Below the pieces are notes generated by a model. That model worked only from the letters and a program-made list of their open reading frames with translations, ran no database searches and was not told where the DNA came from. Positions 47,879-56,680 of a stretch of DNA of 64,000 nucleotides are shown here, in pieces; the first letter of the stretch is position 1; each line of letters starts with the position of its first letter. The position numbers were made by a program, and so were the translations under genes. Origin of the DNA: an uncultured delta proteobacterium (GTDB taxonomy: Bacteria > Myxococcota_A > Polyangia > Polyangiales > Houyiibacteriaceae); assembly GCA_963746475.1 (NCBI GenBank), contig CAVVBB010000001.1:692154-756153 (forward strand), given 5' to 3'.

Positions 47879-48913
47879 ATGGCGACTTCACCCTCGATTG
47901 GCCCAGCGTTCGACAGCCCCATCGGCACGACCCTGGAACGCCACCTTCTAGACCGGCAGCGGCGCATGAGACAGGCCACCGGAGACTTCACCGGGCTATT
48001 TCAGCAGATCATGCTGGCCTCCAAGATCATCGCTAGCCGAGTGAGCAGGGCCGGCCTCTCCGGCATCCTCGGCCTGACCGGCAAGGTCAATGTCCAGGGC
48101 GAGGCTGTTCAAAAGCTCGATGCCTTCGCCAACGATACCATCGTGAGGACCGTCGAGGCCGGCGGACACGTCTGTATCCTCGGCAGTGAGGAAGTCGAAG
48201 AGCCGATCGCAATCCCGGCTCAGTACCCGCAGGGCAAGTATGTCCTTCAGTTCGACCCGCTCGATGGCTCGGGCAACATCGACATCAATGCGTCGATCGG
48301 GACCATCTTCTCGATTCACAGGCGCGTGACGCCCGACGGAACGGCCGGGAAGCTAGAGGACCTGCTGCAGTCCGGCAGGAAGATCGTGGCCGCGGGCTAC
48401 GTGATTTACGGCTCTTCGAACATGCTCGTTTACTCGACGGGCGAGAGCGTCGATGGCTTCACTTACGACCCGGGTGTCGGCGAGTTCTTCTTGTCCCACC
48501 CGCACATCCAAATCCCCGACCGTGGGACGACCTACTCGGTCAACGAGGGCAACTACCACCGCTGGAACGACGGAATGCAACGCTGGGTAGATTGGGTCAA
48601 AGCGCCCGGCGAGACCAAGAAGGCCTACTCGCTGCGGTACATCGGAGCGATGGTGGCCGATTTGCATCGAACCTTGCTCCGCGGCGGCATCTTCGTTTAT
48701 CCGGGCGACTCAAAGAACCCCAAGGGCAAGCTTCGGCTCCTTTACGAGGCCAGCCCCATGGGGTTTCTGGTCGAAGCGGCTGGAGGAGCGGCCAGCAACG
48801 GGGAGCAATCGATCCTCGATATCCAGCCCAAGCAGCTGCACGAGCGCACACCCGTGTTCATGGGCAGTAAAGCCGACGTCGACGACGCGGTTCGGATGGT
48901 CAAGGGCGGCTGA
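47879..48913 (+). CDS. fbp: class I fructose-1,6-bisphosphatase
   Basis: TLERHLL...ATGDFTGLFQQIMLASKIIASRV, NVQGEAVQKLDAFAN, FDPLDGSGNID and LRYIGAMVADLHRTLLRGGIFVYP are present. Confidence 0.9.
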   Translation: MATSPSIGPAFDSPIGTTLERHLLDRQRRMRQATGDFTGLFQQIMLASKIIASRVSRAGLSGILGLTGKVNVQGEAVQKLDAFANDTIVRTVEAGGHVCILGSEEVEEPIAIPAQYPQGKYVLQFDPLDGSGNIDINASIGTIFSIHRRVTPDGTAGKLEDLLQSGRKIVAAGYVIYGSSNMLVYSTGESVDGFTYDPGVGEFFLSHPHIQIPDRGTTYSVNEGNYHRWNDGMQRWVDWVKAPGETKKAYSLRYIGAMVADLHRTLLRGGIFVYPGDSKNPKGKLRLLYEASPMGFLVEAAGGAASNGEQSILDIQPKQLHERTPVFMGSKADVDDAVRMVKGG

Positions 48914-48922
48914 AGCGGCCTG

Positions 48923-49507
48923 CTAGGGCTTGGGCGTCATCACGAAGGGCATCGACGTGCGCACGCAGCCCCCCGCGGGAGGGGGAAACTTCCAGGCGCG
49001 GGCGGCTCTTTTCACGCAGTTGTAGACTTGTGGGTCGTTGAGCGTGCCGCTGATCTTCACGTCGGCGACGTTGCCGCGCGGCGCGATGGTGAGGAGCAGC
49101 TCCATGTTGCCTTGGAGCAGGTTGTCGTCTTTTAGCCGTCTTTCATAGCAGGAGCGCACCTGGCGCCGGGGCGGACCGTTGATCGTCCCGAGGATCTCCT
49201 TCGCGCTGAGCGTGCCGTAGCACTCCTCGTACTTGGGCCCCGCCGGTGCGTTCGGCTTTTCGGCCTCTGCCCCTTGGGCCGGCTCACTCGGGACGAGGTC
49301 CTCCTCCGCTGGAATCTCGATCTCAGGGTCGAATTGCTCGCGTACGATCGGCTCGGGCTCAGGCAGCGGCGGTTCCGCAATGCTGGGCTCTTCCTCGGTT
49401 CGTAAGCCGAACCAAAGGCCCAAAGCGGCCAAAATCACGACGAGGGCAATGAGCCCGTACTTCCCTTGATTGTTCTTGAGCGGCGGTAAGCTCGAGCCTT
49501 CGACCAC
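48923..49507 (-). CDS. membrane-anchored protein with AgmX/PglI-type C-terminal domain
   Basis: GTG start. A single TM (LIALVVILAALGLWFGL) is followed by a Pro/Glu-rich linker. The C-terminus VRSCYERRLKDDNLLQGNMELLLTIAPRGNV...CVKRAARAWKFPPPAGGCV resembles the myxobacterial AgmX/PglI tail. Confidence 0.5.
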   Translation of the reverse strand: MVEGSSLPPLKNNQGKYGLIALVVILAALGLWFGLRTEEEPSIAEPPLPEPEPIVREQFDPEIEIPAEEDLVPSEPAQGAEAEKPNAPAGPKYEECYGTLSAKEILGTINGPPRRQVRSCYERRLKDDNLLQGNMELLLTIAPRGNVADVKISGTLNDPQVYNCVKRAARAWKFPPPAGGCVRTSMPFVMTPKP

Positions 49508-49681
49508 GTGTCGTCCTGTTCCCCGTAAGGCAAATCACCGAATGCGGTGAGCACCCGGCTAGTCTAAGGCGCACCGCCGCACTGGCAAAGTCTTCCGCCT
49601 GCCGACCCCCTATCACTCAGTGTTTGCGGTTCGGCAACGACTCCTTTATTGTTCGGCCCTGTTTTTTGCGGGCATTTTGGA

Positions 49682-51286
49682 ATGATCGACAAGCTAAAAG
49701 GTTTCTTCCTGGTCTTACTCGTAGTCCTGCTCTGTCTCGTCTTCGCGCTGCAGTTCGGCGGAGGACAGGCCGAGGGCTGCACGGCTGGGGGCAGCGGCTA
49801 TCTCGCCAAGGTCTATGACACCACCATCAGCCAGGGCGACTTCGATGCCGCCTATGCGGTGGGGAACTTCTCGCGGATCCCCGCGGAGCGTCAGACCGAG
49901 CTCGGGCTGCCCTCCTTCGTGATGAACGGCCTGATCGATCGGGTGCTGCTGGCACGCGAGGCGCGCAAGGTCGGCTTCGAGATCAGCGACGTCGAGGTCA
50001 TGGAGCGCTTCGTGGACGACGGGGTGGTCCTTCTGTCCCTTGGCACGGGAGCCCCGCTCTACTTGCCTCAGGGCAAGATCCCGGTGTCCTTCAAGGACAA
50101 GGACGGGACCTTCAACACGGAGCTCGCCAAGCGCTACATCCAAAACGGACTCCACCGGAGCGTCGGTGAGTTCACCCAGGCTCAGGCCGAGGAATGGCTC
50201 GCCTGGCAGATGCGCGAGCTCGTCGCGATGAGCGTCAACGTCAGCGACGCCGAGGTCTGGGACGAGTACAAGCGCACCCACAACAAGGCCAGCATCAAGT
50301 ACGCCCGCTTCTCACCCGCCTATTACGCCCTGAAGACGGCGATGCCCGACGAAGACGAGATGAATCGCTGGATCGCGGAGAACGACAGTCGGCTCGAGGA
50401 AGCGTACGAGGCCAACAAGCACCGCTACACGAACGTCGAAAAGCAAATCCGCGCGCGGCACATTTTGCTCAGGGTATCGTCCGATGCCTCCGAGGAGGAC
50501 AAGGCAGCGACCCGGGAGAAGATTGAAGCGCTTCGGAAACAGGCGCTCGGAACTGCGGACTTCGCCGAGCTCGCCGCCAAGAACAGCGAGGACCAGGTCA
50601 GCGCAGCCGGCGGTGGCGACCTCGGCTACACGGCCAAGGGCCGCATGGTCCCTGAGTTCGACGAGGCGCTCTTCGCCTTGGCCGAAGGCGAGATCTCCGA
50701 GGTCGTCGAGACCCCGTTTGGCCTGCACATCATCAAGGCCGAGGCCATCCGCGAGGGAGACGTGCCGAAAGAGGAGGCCAAGCGCGAGCTGGCCAAAAAG
50801 CTCTACGCCGAGGAGGCGACCGACCGGCTCGCGCAGCAGGCGGCCCGTGACGCGCTGACGAAGTGGCGGTCCAAGGGCGCCGATGCCGTAGCGGCCGACT
50901 TGGAGGCGAGCGCGGGTGACTTGTCGATCGCCCCCAAGATCGAAGAGACCGGCATGTTCGGTGCGGGCGACAAGCCGATTCCCGGGCTTGCCGCGGGCAC
51001 CGTGACCAGCGCGGTCTTCGCCATCCAGAGCACCGAGGGTGACGCAGCTCTGCCCACGGAGCCTGTGCGAATCGGCGACGAATGGCTGATCTTCGAGGTC
51101 ACCGAGCGGCAACGCGCCGACGAGGAAGAGTTCGACGACGAAGCGAAGGCGAGCACGCGCCGACAGCTCGAGGCCGTCAAGCAATACGAAACCGTCGCCG
51201 TGTACGTGCAACAGCTACGCGAGCAGGCAGCCGCCAGCCAGGCGCTGCGCATCAATGAAGTGCCCGGCGCGAATGGCAGTAGTTGA
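49682..51286 (+). CDS. PpiD/SurA-like periplasmic chaperone with parvulin PPIase domain
   Basis: An N-terminal TM anchor is present. The parvulin domain is ARHILLRV...GGDLGYTAKGRMVPEFDEALFALAEGEISEVVETPFGLHIIK. Confidence 0.8.
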   Translation: MIDKLKGFFLVLLVVLLCLVFALQFGGGQAEGCTAGGSGYLAKVYDTTISQGDFDAAYAVGNFSRIPAERQTELGLPSFVMNGLIDRVLLAREARKVGFEISDVEVMERFVDDGVVLLSLGTGAPLYLPQGKIPVSFKDKDGTFNTELAKRYIQNGLHRSVGEFTQAQAEEWLAWQMRELVAMSVNVSDAEVWDEYKRTHNKASIKYARFSPAYYALKTAMPDEDEMNRWIAENDSRLEEAYEANKHRYTNVEKQIRARHILLRVSSDASEEDKAATREKIEALRKQALGTADFAELAAKNSEDQVSAAGGGDLGYTAKGRMVPEFDEALFALAEGEISEVVETPFGLHIIKAEAIREGDVPKEEAKRELAKKLYAEEATDRLAQQAARDALTKWRSKGADAVAADLEASAGDLSIAPKIEETGMFGAGDKPIPGLAAGTVTSAVFAIQSTEGDAALPTEPVRIGDEWLIFEVTERQRADEEEFDDEAKASTRRQLEAVKQYETVAVYVQQLREQAAASQALRINEVPGANGSS

Positions 51287-52574
51287 TGGCGTGAGCCTGC
51301 CGGAGCTTCCCGCGCAGGCACTCAGCCTCGAAAACGGCTTGCGGGTCCGTCTGATCCCGCTTCCTCATCTGCAGACTACGACTCTGTCGTTCTTCACGCG
51401 CTCGGGCTCCCGGTACGAAGACGCCGAAACCAACGGGCTCAGCCACTTCCTCGAGCACATGCTCTACCGGGGCACTCAAGAGCACCCCGATGCTCACGAG
51501 CTGAACCTCGCCATCGAGCGCCTGGGCGGAACGCTCGATGCGGCGACGCACGTGGACTTCACGAGTTACGACCTCAGCTTGCCCTTGGAAAGCACCGAGG
51601 ACGGCCTCGGCCTGTTCGCCGAGGTGCTGCAACGACCCTTGCTGCGCGACCTTCGCGTGGAAAAGGAGATTCTCCGAGAAGAGATCTTGGAGGACCTGAG
51701 CGAGGACGGAGAGGAGATCGACGTCGACAATGTTTCGCGTCAGCTCCTGTTCGGGGAACACCCGCTCGGCTATTCGATCCTCGGACCGATCGAAAACATC
51801 GAGCGCTTCGACAGCGAAGACCTGCGTCGACACCACGAGGCTCACTACACGGCCGCCAACTCCGTGCTGTGCGTCGCGGGGGCGTTCGACGTGGAACGCG
51901 TGACCGATGCGCTGAGACGAGACTTCGGCGGGATGCCCCGCGGCAAATCCGTCTGCGGATGCCCAGCCGACACGATGCAGGTCTCGTCCCGATTCCGCTA
52001 CGTGCACGATCCGGGCAGCCAGACCGACGTGCGCGTCTCGTTCCACACGCCCGGCGTCTGTGCCGAGGACGCCTCGGCGTTACTATTGCTCGCCCGCATC
52101 CTCGACGACGGACTGAGCACCCGGGTGCACCAGCTCATCTGCGAGCAACGTGGACTGGCCTATGACGCCTTCGCCGGGCCGGACCTCTTCGAGGAGTGCG
52201 GCGTGCTCGACTTCGGTTCCTCAGTCGAGCACCCCAAGGTGCTGTCGCTGCTCGAGGCCACCTTCGAATTGGTGACCGGCTTGAAGAAGCAGGAACCGAG
52301 CAAGGCCGAGATCGAAAAGGCCAAGCGCCGCTATCTTTGGGATCTGAGAACCGTTTTGGACGACACCGAAGGTGCGACTCAGTTCGCCGGCGCGAACTCT
52401 CTGTTCGGCCTGGCCGAGGACCTGCAAAGCAGCGGCCAGCTGATCGCCGAAGTCAGCACCGAAGAGATTCGCAAAGTCGTGGAGTCCTACTTGCGCCCCG
52501 AACAGGCCTACATCACTTGTGTCGGCGCGCTCTCGGACAAGCAGCTCGCAAGCATCGAAGCGCTCATTCGCTGA
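51273..52574 (+). CDS. M16-family (pitrilysin/insulinase) zinc peptidase
   Basis: The inverted zinc motif HFLEHMLYRGT and the downstream E are present. An alternative ATG lies at 51255. Confidence 0.8.
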   Translation: MAVVDGVSLPELPAQALSLENGLRVRLIPLPHLQTTTLSFFTRSGSRYEDAETNGLSHFLEHMLYRGTQEHPDAHELNLAIERLGGTLDAATHVDFTSYDLSLPLESTEDGLGLFAEVLQRPLLRDLRVEKEILREEILEDLSEDGEEIDVDNVSRQLLFGEHPLGYSILGPIENIERFDSEDLRRHHEAHYTAANSVLCVAGAFDVERVTDALRRDFGGMPRGKSVCGCPADTMQVSSRFRYVHDPGSQTDVRVSFHTPGVCAEDASALLLLARILDDGLSTRVHQLICEQRGLAYDAFAGPDLFEECGVLDFGSSVEHPKVLSLLEATFELVTGLKKQEPSKAEIEKAKRRYLWDLRTVLDDTEGATQFAGANSLFGLAEDLQSSGQLIAEVSTEEIRKVVESYLRPEQAYITCVGALSDKQLASIEALIR

Positions 52575-53235
52575 GATTCACCCAGAGCGCCTCGCCGTCC
52601 GCGCCCCATTCTTTCTTCCACACGGGCACCGTCTCCTTGATGCGGTCGATGGCTTCGCGGCAGGCCGAAAACGCCTCGGCACGGTGCGCGGCACTCGCGG
52701 CCACGCAGACGGCGATATCGCCGACCTGAAGCGCTCCGACCCGGTGTACGGCCGCGAGCCGCACGCCCGGATGCCTGTCCGCAACGCCTCTGAGCACCTC
52801 GGTCATTTCCTTTTCGGCGAGGCTTTCGTGAGCTTCGTAGTCGAGTCGCACGACGCGTTTGCCCTCGGCATGGTCCCGGACGACACCGACGAAGAAGGCG
52901 ATCCCGCCAGCACCTGAATGGCAGACTTGGCGCCAAATCGGGTCTATCAGAATGGGTTCGTCGCTGAGCTGGCAGTACACGACCGGGGCACCGCCGGCCA
53001 CGGGCGGGAGCACATCTACCCGATCTCCAACTCGAATGACTTGCTCGGCATCGGCGAAGTCGCCGTTGACCGCTAGACGCATGCGATCGAGGTACCCCGC
53101 GAGACCGGGATGCAGGCGGCTGAGCTCTGAGCGAAACTGCGCCTCGGAGACCGACTCGGAGTCGAGCTCGACGAAGCTTTGCGCGCAGCCGGCGAGCTCT
53201 CGTGCGGCCGCATAGTAGTTCACGCTCACTTTCAT
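52564..53235 (-). CDS. moaD-moaE: molybdopterin synthase MoaD-MoaE fusion protein
   Basis: The N-terminal ~82 aa MKVSVNYYAAARELAG...VDVLPPVAGG form a MoaD ubiquitin-like fold ending in GG. A MoaE-like region follows directly (IAFFVGVVRDH...VHRVGALQVGDIAVCVAASAAHRAEAF...PVWKKE). Confidence 0.85.
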   Translation of the reverse strand: MKVSVNYYAAARELAGCAQSFVELDSESVSEAQFRSELSRLHPGLAGYLDRMRLAVNGDFADAEQVIRVGDRVDVLPPVAGGAPVVYCQLSDEPILIDPIWRQVCHSGAGGIAFFVGVVRDHAEGKRVVRLDYEAHESLAEKEMTEVLRGVADRHPGVRLAAVHRVGALQVGDIAVCVAASAAHRAEAFSACREAIDRIKETVPVWKKEWGADGEALWVNLSE

Positions 53236-53322
53236 GAGTCGCGGGAATCTAGCAGCTGGGCGGAGAACGTCAGCTGGACGGCCGGTCCATGCTAGATTGC
53301 GTCGAGCGTGACGGAGTCGGGG

Positions 53323-54126
53323 ATGAAGCTGATCTTCTGGGTGCTGCTCACGAGCCTCATCGGGGCCATGATCGTGGCTCCCCAGGCGGTCGCCGCATGG
53401 GAAATGCCGAGTCTCGTACTCGACCGGGCGAGCGTGCGAGCGATCCTGGACGAGGACGAGGAGCTCGCCTCCAGGCTCCAAGATTCGGCCGAAATCGAGG
53501 TGTTGCAGAGGCTGTTCCTGGAACACGGGGAGCGCGAGGCAGACCACTCGGACACCCGGCAGGACTATGATCGGCGCCAAGCCCTTATCTCGCACAGGAT
53601 CGAGACGCTCGAACGCGCGGGCGGTCCCGAGCGCGTCGCGGCCTTGCGAGCCGCTGCCACCGAGCAGTTCATGCAAGGGGTCTCGAAGCGGGGCGCATCG
53701 ATCCAGGCGAGCGAGGCAAAGGGACGCTGGGGTGCGTTTGGTCAGATGCTGGCCAAATACGGTCTCCTCTACGAGGGTGTCGTGATCGCACCGGAGCTGA
53801 CGGTGCGCGCCCTTTACAAGGCCAGGTGGAACGCCATTCATCGGCGGCCCCTGGTGGATGGCTTCAGTCGGATAGAGCTGCAGGCGTACTGGGGCTGGCT
53901 GGCTCTTCACGCATCGATGTTTCCGCTCGAGCGGCGCATCCAAGCGCTGCAGGAGTACGAGGAGGCGGGCGGCCGGAGCGGCACCGAGGCCGCTGCCATG
54001 TTCTCGCTGATCGCCCAGGAGCCGGAACGGGCCATAGAGCCACTCGAACGACTTTACGCGGACAGCGGACAGATTCGATTTCGGAACCTGGCCCTCGGTG
54101 CAAAGGCCGTGGCGCAGCCGCAGTGA
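53323..54126 (+). CDS. hypothetical exported/membrane-anchored protein
   Basis: ATG at 53323 follows GGAG. The N-terminus is MKLIFWVLLTSLIGAMIVAPQAVAA. I recognise no family. It is preferred over the antisense extension of the moaDE ORF. Confidence 0.45.
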   Translation: MKLIFWVLLTSLIGAMIVAPQAVAAWEMPSLVLDRASVRAILDEDEELASRLQDSAEIEVLQRLFLEHGEREADHSDTRQDYDRRQALISHRIETLERAGGPERVAALRAAATEQFMQGVSKRGASIQASEAKGRWGAFGQMLAKYGLLYEGVVIAPELTVRALYKARWNAIHRRPLVDGFSRIELQAYWGWLALHASMFPLERRIQALQEYEEAGGRSGTEAAAMFSLIAQEPERAIEPLERLYADSGQIRFRNLALGAKAVAQPQ

Positions 54127-54216
54127 TCGGTCGGACTTCCGGATACACGCCGTCGCTGGGTGGACAGGAAAAAGCCCATCCCGTAGCCTAAACCTCTTCG
54201 CGACAAGCGGTGCAGT

Positions 54217-54993
54217 GTGAAAGTCGACCTACGCAAGAGCCTATTCATTCTGCCCAACCTCTTCACGCTTTCGAGCGTGCTGTGCGGCTACTATGCGATC
54301 GTCGTCTGCTCGACTCAGCCCGACGGCACGGATTTCTACCGGGCCGCGCTGCTGATCATCTTTGCGCTCTTCTTTGATACCATCGACGGACGGGTCGCGC
54401 GACTCACCAAGACGCAGAGCGCCATTGGAGTCCAGCTCGACTCTCTCGCGGACGTCATCTCGTTTGGCGTGGCACCCTCGATTTTGGTGTACCAGTGGTC
54501 TTTGCACGAACTCGGCAAGGCGGGGATCGCCGTGGGCTTCGTCTTCGTAGGCTGCGGTGCGATCCGCCTGGCCCGCTTCAACGTGACCACGACGACGGAG
54601 GAAGGCCACCCGATCAAGCCCGGCAAGTACATTCAAGGGCTTCCGATCCCAGCGGCGGCGGCCGTGCTGATCTCCTTGGTCGTCGCCAACACGCTCACCG
54701 GAAAGCTCCCGTTCACGCCAGTGATCCTCTCGGTACTGATGTTACTTCTGGCGCTCTTCATGGTGAGCACCATTCCCTTCCGCTCTTTCAAAGACCTGCG
54801 ACTTTCCTGGCGAAGCGCACTGTTCATTTCCGTCGCTCTGGGGTCGACGGCCGTGATCGCATTCCGATACCATCCCTCACTCGCCTTCGTGTGGCTTCTG
54901 TCCGCCTACTTGGTCATCGGCATCCTCGAGGGGCTGTTCACCTGGATGACGAAGACGCGGTCGGACGCGGACGAAGAGGCCGGCCCCGCCTAG
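54217..54993 (+). CDS. pssA: CDP-diacylglycerol--serine O-phosphatidyltransferase
   Basis: GTG start. The CDP-alcohol phosphatidyltransferase motif is DTIDGRVARLTKTQSAIGVQLDSLADVISFGVAP. It is multi-TM. Confidence 0.9.
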   Translation: MKVDLRKSLFILPNLFTLSSVLCGYYAIVVCSTQPDGTDFYRAALLIIFALFFDTIDGRVARLTKTQSAIGVQLDSLADVISFGVAPSILVYQWSLHELGKAGIAVGFVFVGCGAIRLARFNVTTTTEEGHPIKPGKYIQGLPIPAAAAVLISLVVANTLTGKLPFTPVILSVLMLLLALFMVSTIPFRSFKDLRLSWRSALFISVALGSTAVIAFRYHPSLAFVWLLSAYLVIGILEGLFTWMTKTRSDADEEAGPA

Positions 54994-55007
54994 CCGGCCC
55001 CGCCTAG
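54980..55007. repeat. perfect 14-bp tandem duplication CCGGCCCCGCCTAG x2 spanning the pssA stop codon
   Basis: 54980-54993 and 54994-55007 are identical. The first copy contains the pssA TAG (54991-54993). Confidence 0.9.
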
Positions 55008-55037
55008 ACGGACGGACGGACGGACGGACGGACGGAC
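55007..55037. repeat. tetranucleotide microsatellite (GACG) x 7.75
   Basis: It reads GACGGACGGACGGACGGACGGACGGACGGAC directly from 55007 to 55037. It is intergenic, between pssA and the glcD-like gene. Confidence 0.95.
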
Positions 55038-55168
55038 CAGCCTGCACTCCAAAGTCCCCAAAAAATGGGAAGCTGAGACCTCGGCGGGGCCGCCGCCAGC
55101 CACGGCCGCATGCTCGCCCGCACGGGCTAGGCCTTGACGCGACCCGGCAGGGGCTCAACGCTCGTTGA

Positions 55169-56575
55169 ATGCCGCGGCTCGAAAATGCTTTGATCGAGAT
55201 CGACCGGGCACTGCCCAGTGGGTCGCTGATCGTCGACCCGACGATCCTTCAGAGCTACTCACACGACGAAAGCGAAACGGCTCCGTGCATGCCCGCGGCG
55301 GTGATTCGGGCAAGCAGTACGGCACAAGTCGCCGCGGTCATGCGAGTCGCCTACAAGTACGAGGTGCCCGTGACCCCGCGGGCCGGCGGCACGGGTCGCG
55401 TGGGCGGGGCCGTACCGGTGGAGGGGGGCCTGGTTCTGGCATGCGAGCGAATGAACCAGATCAAGGGGATCGATCCGAGCGAGCTGTCGGCCACGGTGGA
55501 GCCCGGTCTGGTGACCGGTGTCCTGAAGCGCACGGTCGAAGCGGACGCACTTTTTTACCCACCAGACCCGAACTCGCGCGACTCCTGCGCCATTGGCGGT
55601 AACCTCGCCGCCAACGCGGGGGGCCCCAGGGCTTTCAAGTACGGGGTCACCCGGGAGTACGTGCTCGGGATGGAGGTCGTGCTGGCCGACGGGACCGTCC
55701 TGCGGCTCGGCCGAAAGACCCACAAGGGCGTCACCGGTTACGATTTGACCGCTCTCATGGTCGGTAGCGAAGGCACGCTGGGCATCATCACGGAGGCGAC
55801 GCTTCGCCTCGTGCACCGGCCCGAGGCCACGGTGACCTTGCTCGCATGTTTCTCCGACGTCCAAGACGTCGCACCGGCGGTAAACTGTCTCCTTGCCCAG
55901 GGCGAGGTCCCTGCCTGCATCGAGCTTCTCGACGAAAAAGCACTGGAGATCGTCAAGCCCGAGGCCGGTCTCACGATTCCCGCCGACACCAAGGCCATCC
56001 TGCTGATCGAGTTCGACGGAAAGGCAGCGCGCCTCGACACGACGATGGAAACGGCAGGCAATGCCCTCATCGACCTCGGCGCGCTCGAGGTGCTCGTCGC
56101 ACAGAGTGGCTCGGAGCGTGAACGGCTCTGGGCCTCGCGCCGCGAGCTCAGTCACAGCCTGAGACGCCAGGCCACGCACAAGCTTTCCGAAGACGTCGTC
56201 GTTCCCCGGACGAAAATGGCCGAGCTGCTGCGCTTCTGTGGCGAGCTGGCCGAGCGGCACGAGCTCGTGATTCCGACCTACGGGCACGCGGGGGACGGAA
56301 ACCTGCACGTGAACTTCCTCTGGGACGAGGCGTCGCAAAGGGTCCGAGTCGACGCTGCGATCCGCAGCCTCTTCGCGCGAGTCATCGAGCTGGATGGCAC
56401 CCTCAGCGGGGAGCACGGCATCGGCGTGCTCAAGGCGCCCTACCTTCCCTTGGAGCAATCGCCGGAGCTCATCGGGCTGCAGGAGCGAATCAAGAACGTC
56501 TTCGACCCGAAGCACATTCTCAACCCGGGCAAGATGTTTCCCGACGATGCCAGGCGGTTCCACGGCAACTGCTGA
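55169..56575 (+). CDS. glcD: FAD-linked oxidase (GlcD / D-lactate dehydrogenase family)
   Basis: The FAD-binding PCMH region is AVIRASSTAQVAAVMRVAYKYEVPVTPRAGGTGRVGGAVP. The C-terminus has GTLSGEHGIG and NPGKMFP. Confidence 0.88.
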   Translation: MPRLENALIEIDRALPSGSLIVDPTILQSYSHDESETAPCMPAAVIRASSTAQVAAVMRVAYKYEVPVTPRAGGTGRVGGAVPVEGGLVLACERMNQIKGIDPSELSATVEPGLVTGVLKRTVEADALFYPPDPNSRDSCAIGGNLAANAGGPRAFKYGVTREYVLGMEVVLADGTVLRLGRKTHKGVTGYDLTALMVGSEGTLGIITEATLRLVHRPEATVTLLACFSDVQDVAPAVNCLLAQGEVPACIELLDEKALEIVKPEAGLTIPADTKAILLIEFDGKAARLDTTMETAGNALIDLGALEVLVAQSGSERERLWASRRELSHSLRRQATHKLSEDVVVPRTKMAELLRFCGELAERHELVIPTYGHAGDGNLHVNFLWDEASQRVRVDAAIRSLFARVIELDGTLSGEHGIGVLKAPYLPLEQSPELIGLQERIKNVFDPKHILNPGKMFPDDARRFHGNC

Positions 56576-56680
56576 GACTCGAGCCGCAGCCCACTACCCG
56601 GCTAACCCTTGCGTGTCGGGCCCGAATGAAGAGCAGCTTCCCTGCCCCATCGGGGAAGGCAACCATGATATGTAAGCCGG

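Noticed and set aside
53236-53943. N-terminal 236-aa extension of the minus-strand ORF 52564-53943 upstream of the MoaD start.
   Set aside because: There is no recognisable homology. The MoaD fold begins exactly at the ATG at 53235. The extension overlaps a plus-strand ORF that has a plausible signal peptide and RBS (53323-54126).
54877-55158. Minus-strand 93-aa ORF spanning the GACG microsatellite, which would encode VRPS repeats.
   Set aside because: It is composed largely of the repeat and Arg/Gly/Pro-rich sequence. It has no RBS and no homology. The tract is better explained as intergenic slippage-prone DNA.
56637-56658. Possible hairpin CTTCCC-N10-GGGAAG downstream of glcD as a terminator.
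   Set aside because: The stem is only 6 bp with a 10-nt loop and no following T-tract, and it lies immediately before the next start codon. This is not convincing as an intrinsic terminator.
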